The notes under the pieces are model-generated. The model searched no databases and was not told the DNA's origin. It saw nothing but the letters and a program-made list of their open reading frames with translations. The position numbers and the translations under genes were made by a program. From Convolutriloba macropyga (Eukaryota), in contig NC_134477.1 of the NCBI RefSeq assembly GCF_964194025.1, forward strand, positions 60,512,001 through 60,576,000: a stretch of 64,000 bases of DNA, in the 5' to 3' direction. Shown here one piece after another: positions 1-12,293 of this stretch. Position 1 is the first letter of the stretch; each line of letters starts with the position of its first letter.

Positions 1-1
1 A

Positions 2-796
2 CTTAATACAACAAAATTAGGTTTAATTAGAATATCGGTTTATAATTCAGTGTTTAATGTGAATAGAAGAAATAATCAATTCTTAAATGCTAGTACTGTT
101 ATAGATGATGCAGCTTTACCCCAGGCTCTTAGTTCTGACCCCAGCTCTAACCCTAACCCTAACTCTACCTCAAGCCCAAAGATCACATCTGTTCTTAATT
201 ATAATTATAAAGGAATTCCATTGCTATACTCAACTATTACACCGGGGGCATATGAGTTAACTGACATAGCAGAATTAATAAAAGAAGAAACTAATGATAA
301 AGTTATAATAGAACCTGATAAGAATACGATGAAATGTTTAACTGAAATAAAACAGGGAGCAATTAGTTTTGATGTAGAAAACTCAATAGCCTTATTACTA
401 GGATTTAGAAAAATAGTTTATAAAAAAGTTAAATAAACATCTCAGAAAATTGTTGATATTATGGGTTTTAGTACTATTAACATTCATTGTAATGTGATAT
501 CTGGTGTTAAAGATAATGGGAATAACACAGACATACTCTTTACTTTTACTCTAACAGAACCACCAGGTTACTTGATAAATATTATACCAACTAATATCTT
601 GTATCAAAATGTAACTAAAGATAGAATAGAATATATAGAGTTTCATATTAAAGATGAGCATGGAAAACCTATAGACTTTAATGATGATGTATTAAGTTTT
701 ACTTTACATCTAGTGTGTTTAGCAGACCGAAGGTCTATTTGTTTTAGATATAAACTTAAACTTAAACTAAACTACAAAACTCTCCGATCCCAATAA
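2..796 (+). pseudogene. Minor capsid protein (penton), 5' end outside window, in-frame TAA at 434-436
   Basis: ORFs 50-436 and 461-796 are in one frame. Motifs YNSVFNVNRRNNQF, LLGF and INIHCNVISG..NG..DILFTF..PPGYLI..P..ILY..IEFHIKDEHGKPIDF..FTLHL are typical of Polinton/adintovirus pentons. Confidence 0.7.
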
Positions 797-2205
797 ATTC
801 TAAGTTTACTATTAATATTTTTATTTTTAGTTATATCAATGACAATATAATTATAAGGCTCTTTCCATACCTTATTACATATAATAGCAAAATAATTATA
901 ATTAATTTCAACATTATTAAAAAAATCTTGATGTGTCGATGCTAGGACTTTACCTCTTTGTTCAAATGATTTAAATAGATTGCAATTCTCTCTAACACTC
1001 TGCCTATCCAGAGAGAGAACAGGTTTTGATTAAGATATATCATATTACAATTATTATGTCTACCTCTACAAAAGTATTCATTAATAACTGGTTCTCTGGT
1101 TCTAACATCATCGAATATCATTAGTTTCTTTAAATCTTTGGGTAGTTGATCGGGAGATTGTAAATCTTTTATATCTTTAATAAATTCTATATCTGCTTTA
1201 TCGTTTATCTTCTCTAATCCATTGTATTGATCACCAGTAGGTCCAATGATGTATAGCTTATCAAAGTATATACTAGCTAGAATTAGTTTTTTTAATAAGA
1301 ATGTCTTACCACATTCACTAGGACCAGATATTATACATCTGAAGTTATCTGGGAATGCGGCTTCAGTAATTATATCATCATCATTTAGCCACGATTTTAG
1401 ATCTTCATTTACATTTACAGATATATTATTAGTTGGACTATTAATAATGCTATTACTAATGCTATTACTATTAGATTTACTCCTTTGATGTTTTTCATCA
1501 AATAGATATATAAAATTATCATCTGCGAAGCAGGTTCCCTGATCATCATTATTATCATTATCTTTATTATTATCATTAACATTATCATTATCATTCTTAT
1601 TATCATTATTATTATCATTATTATCATCTGCAAAACAGGTTCCCAGATTATAAATATCAATGGCATTATCAATGACATTATCATTAACATTATCATTATC
1701 CTTATCCTTATTAGCAAAGCCACTTTGTAGATCCTTTTCCTTATCCTTATCCATATCTTTATCATTAACACTATCTTTATCATCACCTCTACTACATTTC
1801 AAACAAGAAAACTCATTATATATTTCTGGATATTTACATTGATTAACTAGAATATTTAAAGCACTCTTAATTCTAAATCCTCTATCAATAAGATAGATCA
1901 TGTAAAAACAATAAGCCCCACAATAAGATTCATCATATTGTTGTATTCTCTCATTAGAGCCTAGATCAAACTATTTTTTCTAAAAATAATGGTGGGGTCT
2001 CAACACCAAAACTATCAAAGTAATATGTTGGACCGCCTTCTCTACTTATAACTAGAACCCAATGTGTACCAACAGTTAGATGTAGATTTATAATAATGTT
2101 AGAGTTATCATCTGTGATATTATTTGGTTTCTCATCTCTCATTACTATCTCAATTGGTGTTAGACTTATATCTTTTCCTATGTCCTTTATTCTGATATTA
2201 CTCAT
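772..2205 (-). pseudogene. Adenain-like cysteine protease fused via a D/N/K-rich linker to an A32/FtsK-like packaging ATPase (frameshifted)
   Basis: GTHWV..YYFDSFG (1966-2205). After a frameshift near 1967, QQYDESYCGAYCFY runs in frame into ORF 942-1901, which has Walker A GPSECGKT, Walker B LMIFDD and RGRH. The shifted C-terminus ICNKVWKEPYNYIVID ends at the stop 772-774. Confidence 0.75.
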
Positions 2206-2293
2206 AGCATTATTATCAAAATTAGATTTATTATTGAATTCCTCAAAAGTTAGGATGAGCGTTTTTTTATGATAAATTATTAAAGTTATTTAT

Positions 2294-2396
2294 CTAAGTC
2301 TAAGTCTAAATCAAGCCTAAGTCTAAGTCTAAGTCTAAGTCTAATTATAAGTCTAAGTCTAAGTCTAATTCTAAATCTAAATCTAAATCAAATCTA
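2294..2396 (+). repeat. (TCTAAG/TCTAAA)n hexamer tract in the divergent intergenic region
   Basis: Direct reading of the sequence. Confidence 0.85.
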
Positions 2397-2524
2397 TATT
2401 TTATATATGAAAATGGAGACAGGTAGCGTAGTTTTTTTTATTTTTAATATTTATAATTTGTTTTATAATATATAACTCAATACCAAGTAATTATACAAAA
2501 CTAGAGGAAGGCTTTGGTGGATTT

Positions 2525-4220
2525 ATGAATAGGAGTCTAGTTAGATTTGAATATGAAAAGTCACCATTACATACGATTGTTTATGGTGGAACTGGTACAG
2601 GCAAAACATATTTTTTTAGGCAATACTTAAAATTATACTCAGACCAAGACCAAGATCAAGTCAAGGACCAAGATCCGCGAAACGGTTACACCGATCAAAA
2701 CCAAGATGGCGAAGCATGGTCGGAGACCCATCGAGACCAAGATCGAGACCAAGATCAAAACCAAGATAAAGCCCAAAACCAATCTAAAAATATAGTTATA
2801 GTATGTGAAGATGATAGAGACTGGATAGATCCCGAGTCTAATAAGTTTTATACTGGGTTTAATAAATTTGATATAAATATGATCACAAAAAATAGTATGC
2901 ATAAATTTCAAAATTGTGTAATAGCACTTGATGATATGGGCGATAGGTTAAATAAAGATATAACTTATTATTTTAGTGAGGGTAGACATTATAATATTCA
3001 AATGATTGTAATGGGACATAAACCAGCTCAAATTGTTAATACAGCAAGAATGAGTTGTGATACTATTTAGTTAACCAATTATAATGGACCTGGTCTATTT
3101 AAAAATTTTAATGAGATATAAAAATGTGAACATGACTTTAGTAAAATAATCAGTGAATTAAATAGTAACTATTATAATCATACAGATGGAATGTCAGATG
3201 GGCTTCATTATGGTATAATTAAATATAATAGGAAGGAAAATACTTTTATTATTATTAATAGCATTAGAACAATGATATATGATTCAAGAGTTGGTTTCCT
3301 TGATTTAAATGCTCTTAGTTTAAAAGATAAGTTAGAAAGAGAAGATATAAATAAACTTATAGCATATATGAAACCACTCATGATAAATGCTACAGATAGA
3401 AATACTATTAATCATGATAATTATCAGTTTTATTTTGATAAAATTCTGACTTTAAATAATATTAAAATTCCGAATGATGTTTTAAGAGACGATTAAAGCA
3501 ATTGGTTTAAAGCAATTATCAAATATTGGTGGAATTATAAGTTCGATCTTAGTTATAACTAGTTATATTTATCCTAATGCAGTATTAAAAACTGTTGGAC
3601 ACGTGGCTATGGGTGCAAGCAATATGTTGAATAGAGTAAACACTTCGGTTAATGTTGGATATGGAGAAGATCTGGGAACCAGTTACACTGATATGCTAAG
3701 CAGTTGAGGAACCAAGACCGAAGGTCCTTCCACTGATCTGGGAATTGATCTACAAAATGATTACACTAATGGAGAAACACGGACAAAGTCCGATCTGGGA
3801 AATGATCTAAGAAGCGGTTACACCGATATAGGAACAGGCTCTGTCTATGACAAAACAAACGATTATTATATTTTAAAAAACATTTTAGTTAATAAGGCAC
3901 GCAAACTTATTGCACCCTTAGAAAAAATCTGCGAAGCAGTTTCACTGATAGAAGAAGAATATATATATGAAGAGATGGGAGTTTTCAATAGAAAGGTAGG
4001 AAGGTTTTTTAACAAACTATATATAAAAAATGAAGAATTTAGAGAAGAGATTATGAAATTGTTAGAGATAAAAAAGAATTAGACCTTCATTTGATTTTAG
4101 ATAAGAGATGTAAAACTAATACACTCAATACGTTAGGAAATGAATGTTTAGCAGAGTGTATCACATCTAAAGAGAATACTAAAGATTTAATTGAAATCAT
4201 GGCTAAGTATTTAACTGAGT
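2525..4220 (+). pseudogene. Second A32-like packaging ATPase with long C-terminal extension, several stops/frameshifts
   Basis: Walker A GGTGTGKT, DQ-repeat insert, Walker B VIALDD, EGRHYNI. ORF 3191-3496 is in the same frame after stops, and coding-like sequence continues to about 4220 (end approximate). Confidence 0.65.
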
Positions 4221-4269
4221 GAAAATGATTAGAAGTAGCTTAGCCAAATATTATAATTTTACCTATTAT

Positions 4270-5076
4270 AAATGCTTTTAACATGTTTAGAGTGTAACTA
4301 TAAATACGGAAACGTTGCTTGTTCAAACGATCATTATTAATCATGTCAAACAGATTAATCATGTCAAAAAGATAAAACAGATAAATGTATGTGTGGCAAT
4401 ATAATACTAAGTGCTATTTGTGCTAATAATTTTTTCCATGGGGTTGTTCATTAAAACATGAGGCTAGCTCCAGTTCTAATTCTAATTCTAGTTGTAATTC
4501 GAATTCTAATTCTAATTCTAGTTCTGGTTCTAATTCTAATTCTAATTCTGGTTCTAATTCTAGTTCTAATTATAATTCTGGTTCTGGTTCTAATTCCTAC
4601 CCTAAGATTGCCCCCAAGCACTAACCTTGCCCCTAGCACTAACCCTAGCCCCAACCCCAACTCAAACCCAAGCCCAAGCTCAGAAGTATTAACTAGATGT
4701 TGTAATATAATATTAACTAAAGTGTAATTATGTAAAACCACTAGTTGATTTTGATGAGAGTAAGTATACATGTAGAAGTTGTACTTCAGCTAAAGTTAGT
4801 TGTCCATATTGTGCTTCTGTTGTGAGATATGATGGAATAAGGGCTCATGTAAAGAAACAACATCCAGATGTAGATATACGTAAAGGATTTAGTAGAAGCA
4901 TATTAGATAAAAGACAAAGTCCTAGAGCTGTAAGTCCTTTAGTTATTGTCCAAACAGAGGAAAGTTGTTCGTGTAAATATTATAATATTGTATCATTTCT
5001 TATTAATAATGGGATAAATATAGAAAAAATAAAAGAAAATATATATTTATTGAAGAGTATAGATAATTTGAAATAA
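4270..5076 (+). pseudogene. Cys-rich / C2H2 zinc-finger protein remnant with S/N/P low-complexity insert
   Basis: YTCRSC..SCPYCASVVRYDGIRAHVKKQH (CxxC-x12-H-x4-H) reads into ORF 4822-5076. Upstream Cys clusters are interrupted by stops. Confidence 0.5.
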
Positions 5077-8000
5077 AAGTATAAAAAATTTTTAAAAAAA
5101 TCAAAAAAGAGTGATTCGCTCTTAAAGAGTGAAAAGGGCGATCTCCCTACTCAGGAATCACCCCGAAAAGAGTGAATCGCTCTTAAAGAGTGAAATTTAA
5201 AATATTAGCAAAATTTAAAAAACTTTTTACACGGCGGTCTCACTAGTTTTATACTAGTATCTGGGATACGTTCACCGGAGTCGGTGGGGATAGAACCCGA
5301 ACTATCCGTCTGATAACGGTTAATTACCAGCTTAACTCGACACTAGTGGTTTGCACTAAGTGAGACAAGAAATGATAGATTTAAAATATAAAAGAAGTGA
5401 ATATAGAGCTAATATATAGTAGTAGAAAATACAGGGAAATCAACAAACAGTAAAATTTGACCCAATTCGACATACGCGTTTAGCGTTTGCAGAACGGGTC
5501 AAATTTTTGCTGGTGGTTGATTTCCCTGTATTTTCTACTACTATTTTTGTCAATTGATGTTCGGATCATTAGGAGGAGATTAGTTTGAAAAAAGTCTATA
5601 TATGTTGTATTTACAAACGGATCATGCATTGGTTGGTTTTAACAGTTTAAACTGTAGCTCTTGATAGTAAAACTTTTCCAAAAGCAAATGAAGTGACTAA
5701 GGAAATTATTTAGCTCCTCTGAAAAATTTTATTTAGCTCCCTGCAATCAAATTTAATTCCAACGTTCGTTGAGGTAGCTCAGTGATATCCGTATTGAAGA
5801 TAAGACATAGTTTTCAAATTGTAACCAACCATTGGAATATGGACTTGCAAAAACACTAACAAACAAAACTTCTTGTAATCAAAATTTGTAAAAAAAAGTT
5901 TAAAACAGAGAATAGAAATAAATAATATGTCTTCCGTGTTTTTTACTGGTATTTACTGAATTGACTTTTGAATAGACTATCTCGCTAGCTTTCTGGCTTA
6001 TTCTGACTTTCAAAGAAGTCCAATTGGCTGACTAGAAACGAACTTAAACTATCTTTGTCGCTTTGATTGCCTAAAATGACATTGACTGTGGATCTTTGGA
6101 CAAAGTTTTCTTGCCATTGCGGAAGCGGAGGTTTTCTAGGAGAATTTACAATTTAATTGAGAGCCATTGTCTTTAAAAGAAAATTTAACAACCGGGAACA
6201 GCAAAGAATAAGGAAAAATTTCATTGTTAATACTGCTGGTATTATTTAGCTGTCTTACAAAAACACAAACATGAAACTACAGTGCAAGTTGAAGTATTGT
6301 TGTTTATGTTTTTCCAAGGTTTTTGTAACCAAATGCATTTCCATGTTATGTCGGCAATCATATTTCCCACGCGTAAAAAAGTGCAATCCTTTCGCTGGCG
6401 GTTCAAGCCTAGCAATAAAAGTGTTGGCCCCAAGCTAACAAATTCTGGTCTCAAGGAGACGGGTTGTAACGTGGCTCTTAAGGTAGTTAGTTTATTCTTG
6501 TAAAAGCATCATTTTTGCCCCAAAACTGGTGGATTTTCAAAGGAATTGACTTATTCTCCATTAATTGTCACAGATTTTCTGGAAAGATTCTGGAAAGAAA
6601 AAATCGACGAAAAACGTTTGTCTTTGTGATTAAATAATTTGTTTGTTACGATTTAACCAGAATTTTTCCAAATTTTTAGTCAATTTAAATTTAAACAATA
6701 TTAGCATTTTTTTAAAATTTCTAACGTGTTACTCGCAACTTTTTGTTCTGTTCGGAATTGCTGGTTAATGTGCTAATTTTCCTGAAATTTTTCCCCTGAA
6801 CTATTTGAAAAGATTCCTTCAAATATTGTGAGACAATTTTACTTTTAATTAGAGTTCGAAAATTCAGAAATGAGGCTAGCTCCAGTTCTAATTCTAATTC
6901 TAGTTGTAATTCGAATTCTAATTCTAATTCTAGTTCTGGTTCTAATTCTAATTCTAATTCTGGTTCTAATTCTAGTTCTAATTATAATTCTGGTTCTGGT
7001 TCTAATTCCTACCCTAAGATTGCCCCCAAGCACTAACCTTGCCCCTAGCACTAACCCTAGCCCCAACCCCAACTCAAACCCAAGCCCAAGCTCAGAAGTA
7101 TTAACTAGATGTTGTAATATAATATTAACTAAAGTGTAATTATGTAAAACCACTAGTTGATTTTGATGAGAGTAAGTATACATGTAGAAGTTGTACTTCA
7201 GCTAAAGTTAGTTGTCCATATTGTGCTTCTGTTGTGAGATATGATGGAATAAGGGCTCATGTAAAGAAACAACATCCAGATGTAGATATACGTAAAGGAT
7301 TTAGTAGAAGCATATTAGATAAAAGACAAAGTCCTAGAGCTGTAAGTCCTTTAGTTATTGTCCAAACAGAGGAAAGTTGTTCGTGTAAATATTATAATTT
7401 TGTATCATTTCTTATTAATAATGGGATAAATATAGAAAAAATAAAAGAAAATATATATTTATTGAAGAGTATAGATAATTTGAAATAAAAGTATAAAAAA
7501 ATTTTTAAAAAAATCAAAAAAGAGTGATTCGCTCTTAAAGAGTGAAAAGGGCGATCTCCCTACTCAGGAATCACCCCGAAAAGAGTGAATCGCTCTTAAA
7601 GAGTGAAATTTAAAATATTAGCAAAATTTAAAAAACTTTTTACACGGCGGTCTCACTAGTTTTATACTAGTATCTGGGATACGTTCACCGGAGTCGGTGG
7701 GGATAGAACCCGAACTATCCGTCTGATAACGGTTAATTACCAGCTTAACTCGACACTAGTGGTTTGCACTAAGTGAGACAAGAAATGATAGATTTAAAAT
7801 ATAAAAGAAGTGAATATAGAGCTAATATATAGTAGTAGAAAATACAGGGAAATCAACAAACAGTAAAATTTGACCCAATTCGACATACGCGTTTAGCGTT
7901 TGCAGAACGGGTCAAATTTTTGCTGGTGGTTGATTTCCCTGAATTTTCTACTACTATTTTTGTCAATTGATGTTCGGATCATTAGGAGGAGATTAGTTTG

Positions 8001-9283
8001 AAAAAAGTCTATATATGTTGTATTTACAAACGGATCATGCATTGGTTGGTTTTAACAGTTTAAACCGTAGCTCTTGATAGTAAAACTTTTCCAAAAGCAA
8101 ATGAAGTGACTAAGGAAATTATTTAGCTCCTCTGAAAAATTTTATTTAGCTCCCTGCAATCAAATTTAATTCCAACGTTCGTTGAGGTAGCTCAGTGATA
8201 TCCGTATTGAAGATAAGACATAGGTTTCAAATTGTAACCAACCATTGGAATATGGACTTGCAAAAACACTAACAAACAAAACTTCTTGTAATCAAAATTT
8301 GTAAAAAAAAGTTTAAAACAGAGAATAGAAATAAATAATATGTCTTCCGTGTTTTTTACTGGTATTTACGGAATTGACTTTTGAATAGACTATCTCGCTA
8401 GCTTTCTGGCTTATTCTGACTTTCAAAGAAGTCCAATTGGCTGACTAGAAACGAACTTAAACTATCTTTGTCGCTTTGATTGCCTAAAATGACATTGACT
8501 GTGGATCTTTGGACAAAGTTTTCTTGCCATTGCGGAAGCGGAGGTTTTCTAGGAGAATTTACAATTTAATTGAGATCCATTGTCTTTAAAAGAAAATTTA
8601 ACAACCGGGAACAGCAAAGAATAAGGAAAAATTTCATTGTTAATACTGCTGGTAATATTTAGCTGTCTTACAAAAACACAAACATGAAACTACAGTGCAA
8701 GTTGAAGTATTGTTGTTTATGTTTTTCCAAGGTTTTTGTAACCAAATGCATTTCCATGTTATGTCGGCAATCATATTTCCCACGCGTAAAAAAGTGCAAT
8801 CCTTTCGCTGGCGGTTCAAGCCTAGCAATAAAAGTGTTGGCCCCAAGCTAACAAATTCTGGTCTCAAGGAGACGGGTTGTAACGTGGCTCTTAAGGTAGT
8901 TAGTTTATTCTTGTAAAAGCATCATTTTTGCCCCAAAACTGGTGGATTTTCAAAAGAATTGACTTATTCTCCATTAATTGTCACAGATTTTCTGGAAAGA
9001 TTCTGGAAAGAAAAAATCGACGAAAAACGTTTGTCTTTGTGATTAAATAATTTGTTTGGTACGATTTAACCAGAATTTTTCCAAATTTTTAGTCAATTTA
9101 AATTTAAACAATATTAGCATTTTTTTAAAATTTCTAACGTGTTACTCGCAACTTTTTGTTCTGTTCGGAATTGCTGGTTAATGTGCTAATTTTCCTGAAA
9201 TTTTTTCCCCTGAACTATTTGAAAAGATTCCTTCAAATATTGTGAGACAATTTTACTTTTAATTAGAGTTCGAAAATTCAGAA
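4458..9283 (+). repeat. Recent tandem duplication, 4458-6869 and 6870-9283 (about 2.41 kb unit)
   Basis: Near-identical copies (about 9 substitutions and 2 homopolymer indels by eye), spanning the Polinton end and the host flank. Confidence 0.95.
5418..5542. repeat. Terminal inverted repeat/foldback AGTAGT...ACTACT (125 bp)
   Basis: 27-bp perfect and about 46-bp imperfect arms: AGTAGTAGAAAATACAGGGAAATCAAC / GTTGATTTCCCTGTATTTTCTACTACT. Second copy at 7831-7955. Confidence 0.9.
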
Positions 9284-12200
9284 AGAAGCAAGCATGACCA
9301 GCAGCTAATGGTTTTTATACCAAAACTTTTACAGTAATTATATATTGAGAATCACAGCCAAAAATGTAGCTTTGAGGTTGGGAAAAACAGTCTGAAAATG
9401 TACCTAGTGAAAACGGTTGCATGATGCACCGATCTTTTTTCGTTTTACTCTGTTCTAGAAACTCAAACTTTTATTACAAATTATCAAAGTTATAGTGAAG
9501 ATAAAATCAGATTATAAAAACTTAAATTGTGAAAAATATCGATCACCTAATAATGAACCAAGTTAAACAGTGTGTATTTTCAAAAATAGAAAACTGTAAT
9601 TTTTTTTACCTTTTTGTTGAGGTAGCTATTTGATATCCGTTTTAAACATAAAACATTGCTTCCAAATTTTAACCAACAAATGGAAATGTAGACTTGCAAA
9701 AACACAAACAAACAAAACTTATTGAAATTAAAATTTGTCAAAAAAAATCAACATAGAGAACAGAAGTGATTAAAAAATCTTCCGTGATTTTCAATGCTTT
9801 CTGATAAGAATAAAAAATACAGTTGGTTAAGCTTGAAACGAAAACACTAATGTACTCAGTCTTCGGACACAAATTTCAATTCATTCCGGACGATTATATT
9901 GGTACAAAGGTACAACTCTAAAAACGCTTGAATGGATCTCTCAAAACTTTTCTGCAAAAACGAGAGCTTCAGTGAAAATCTTGTGGTACTGTTAAAAAGA
10001 CTGCTTTGCTAGATTTATGATTTATTCTCACTTTCAAAGAAGTCCAAATGGCTCGCTAGAAAACCTAAAAAAACCATCTTTGTCTTCTTGTTGTCTTATA
10101 ATCATTTCTTGGCAGTGAACCTTTGGACATAGTTTTTCTGCCGCTGCAGAAGCGGAGGTTTTCTAGGAGAATCTACAATTTGGTTGAGATCAATTGTTTT
10201 CAAATGAATCATAATATATAAAAAAACAAAGGTTGAAAAAATATTGATCGCCTCATATTGGAACAAACTAAGTAAACATATAAGAATGTCGGACGAATAT
10301 CTTTCAAGCAACCGGAGAAAAATTGGCTTGGGTAATACCCAGATGTCACTAAGAGGTGCTAGAGTTCGTGGTCATGGGTGACTGGAGCGGGGGTGGGGTC
10401 AAGCGATGATGAAGGTTGTTGAGTTGGGAGGTCTTAACGAGAGGGGAGTTCAAATTGGCAGGTCTAGGAGGTTGGACTTTGGATATTTTGGTATGTGTTG
10501 AAGTGGGGGTTGAGCTGAATGCGTTAGGGATGAGTGGAGATAGTGTTACTGAGGGGAGAAAAGGGGTGTTTAAAAAAAGATTAAGAACCGCCCTTCATAC
10601 CAAAAATTTGTCTACTCAAAATGATTTTGATGAATTTAACTCTTCAAGACAAGGCTAGGCTTAGGGCTCTCAGAGAATTCAATGCTATTTACAGAAGAAG
10701 GAGTCCTAATACTACAAAGAGTTAATGAAAAATGAAACAAAAACAGTTTCCGTGAAAAATTCAACTTCTCATGGTGTTTTTAAATCTGGAGTTTTAATAT
10801 TTAAAGCTAGCGTTTCAGTAGTTCTCTGTCTTTTTGAGACAATTGTGTCGAATTTTCGAATAATTGAGATAGATTTTCAGATAATTTTGCAATCGATGTT
10901 CAGAACGTTTGGGGGAAAACTTTTGAAAAAAAGCTGCCAGTGGATGAAGCATTGGTTGGTTTTAGCAGTTCTTAAAGTGACTTATATGCTTTTTGTTTAA
11001 AAAAAGTTTTACAATTAGTTCATCATACAAAAACACAAATAGAATTATTCTCCACAAACAAATGACAATTCATTCAAGAAAAATTTATCCCAATAAAGAT
11101 TTTAAAATGCGCCATGAAACTCTAAAAACATCTGACAATTTCTTTTTCCTTTCTGCAAACAAGAGAGCGGAAAAAATTTTGCAGTACTTTTGAATCGACT
11201 AGCTCGCTAGTTTTATGGCTTTTTCTGACTTTCAAAGAAGTCCAATTGGCCGGCTAGAAAAGACCTTTAACTTTCTTTGTCATTTTGTTTTCTCAAAATA
11301 ACTTTTTGACGGTGAATCTCCGGACGAAGTTTTCCTGCTGTTGCGGAAGTGGAAGTGTTCTTAGAGATTCTACAATTTTATTGATATCAATTGTTTTCAA
11401 TAGAATAGTTCACAATCAGGAAAAGCAGAAGAAAAGAAATAGATTGTTAGAACTGGGGCATTATTTAACTGTGTTAAAAGAATACAAACGTGCAATTTCA
11501 GTGCTAGTTGAAGTAGTATTGTTGTTGTGGTTTCACGGTTTGTAACAAATTGCCTTTCACTGGTATTTACGCAATCAGCTTTACGCAGGAAATTGACTTT
11601 TTCTCTTTCATTATATACTGTTTTTTTAAACCTTTTAAAAGAAAAAATCAAACAAAAACGCTTGTCTTCTACAACCCAACAGACAACTATAACAGACATC
11701 AGTGTTTCAGAGAAGCAAGACGAGAGAAGCACAAGTGGAGAAGTGACAGAGGAATTGAAGCTGGTGACAAGACGACCTGAGAAGTGGAGAGACAGGCAAC
11801 TGACGAAGGAACAAGACGAAGGAGTGAGACCAGAAGCAGTAGCCCTTGCTTAGGGAGTATGAGAGGTGCCTTGAAACCTTACCAGTAGCCTAGTAAATCA
11901 TCCGAAAAGTTGCTGGTGAGGTGAATTGGTGCCTTCTTTGCTTTTTTTCTTGGCGTAGGCTAACTTAGTGATCCCCTAGACCACACCGGATTAGCACCCC
12001 GAAGCTGGCACAGCTCCCCATAAGACTTTTTTCAAATATAGGATAAGTGTTTTTGCAACTTTCAACATAGAATAAAGGTTACTGCAACTTTTAAGTTTTA
12101 TAGAACAAGTGTTTTTGCAACTTTTTAACTTTTATAAAATAAACGTTGTTGCAACTTTTGACTTTGCCTTTTTCAGAGCAATAAAAACTAAATTGAATTG

Positions 12201-12293
12201 TTTAGATATATTCTGACTACCGGGACGCCGGTTAATACGAACAAAATATTAACCCTCCCTAAAACCTCCGAAAACTGCCCCCAGGCCCAAAAC

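Larger units (their letters stand above)
1..5542. mobile_element. Polinton/Maverick (adintovirus-like) element 1, right-hand part, degraded
   Basis: Penton, adenain-type protease and A32-like ATPase remnants. Ends in ...CTACTACT at 5542 (Polinton-type terminus), after which the sequence switches to the host repeat also seen at about 10885 and 22225. The left end lies outside the window. Confidence 0.8.

Noticed and set aside
146-165. Interstitial telomeric (CCCTAA)n
   Set aside because: Only about 2.5 units, encoding PNPN in the penton; similar hexamer tracts occur throughout the element.
4451-4771. IRIRTR / LILVL repeat ORFs (also 6845-7183, 1415-1786)
   Set aside because: Alternative-frame readings of hexamer microsatellites.
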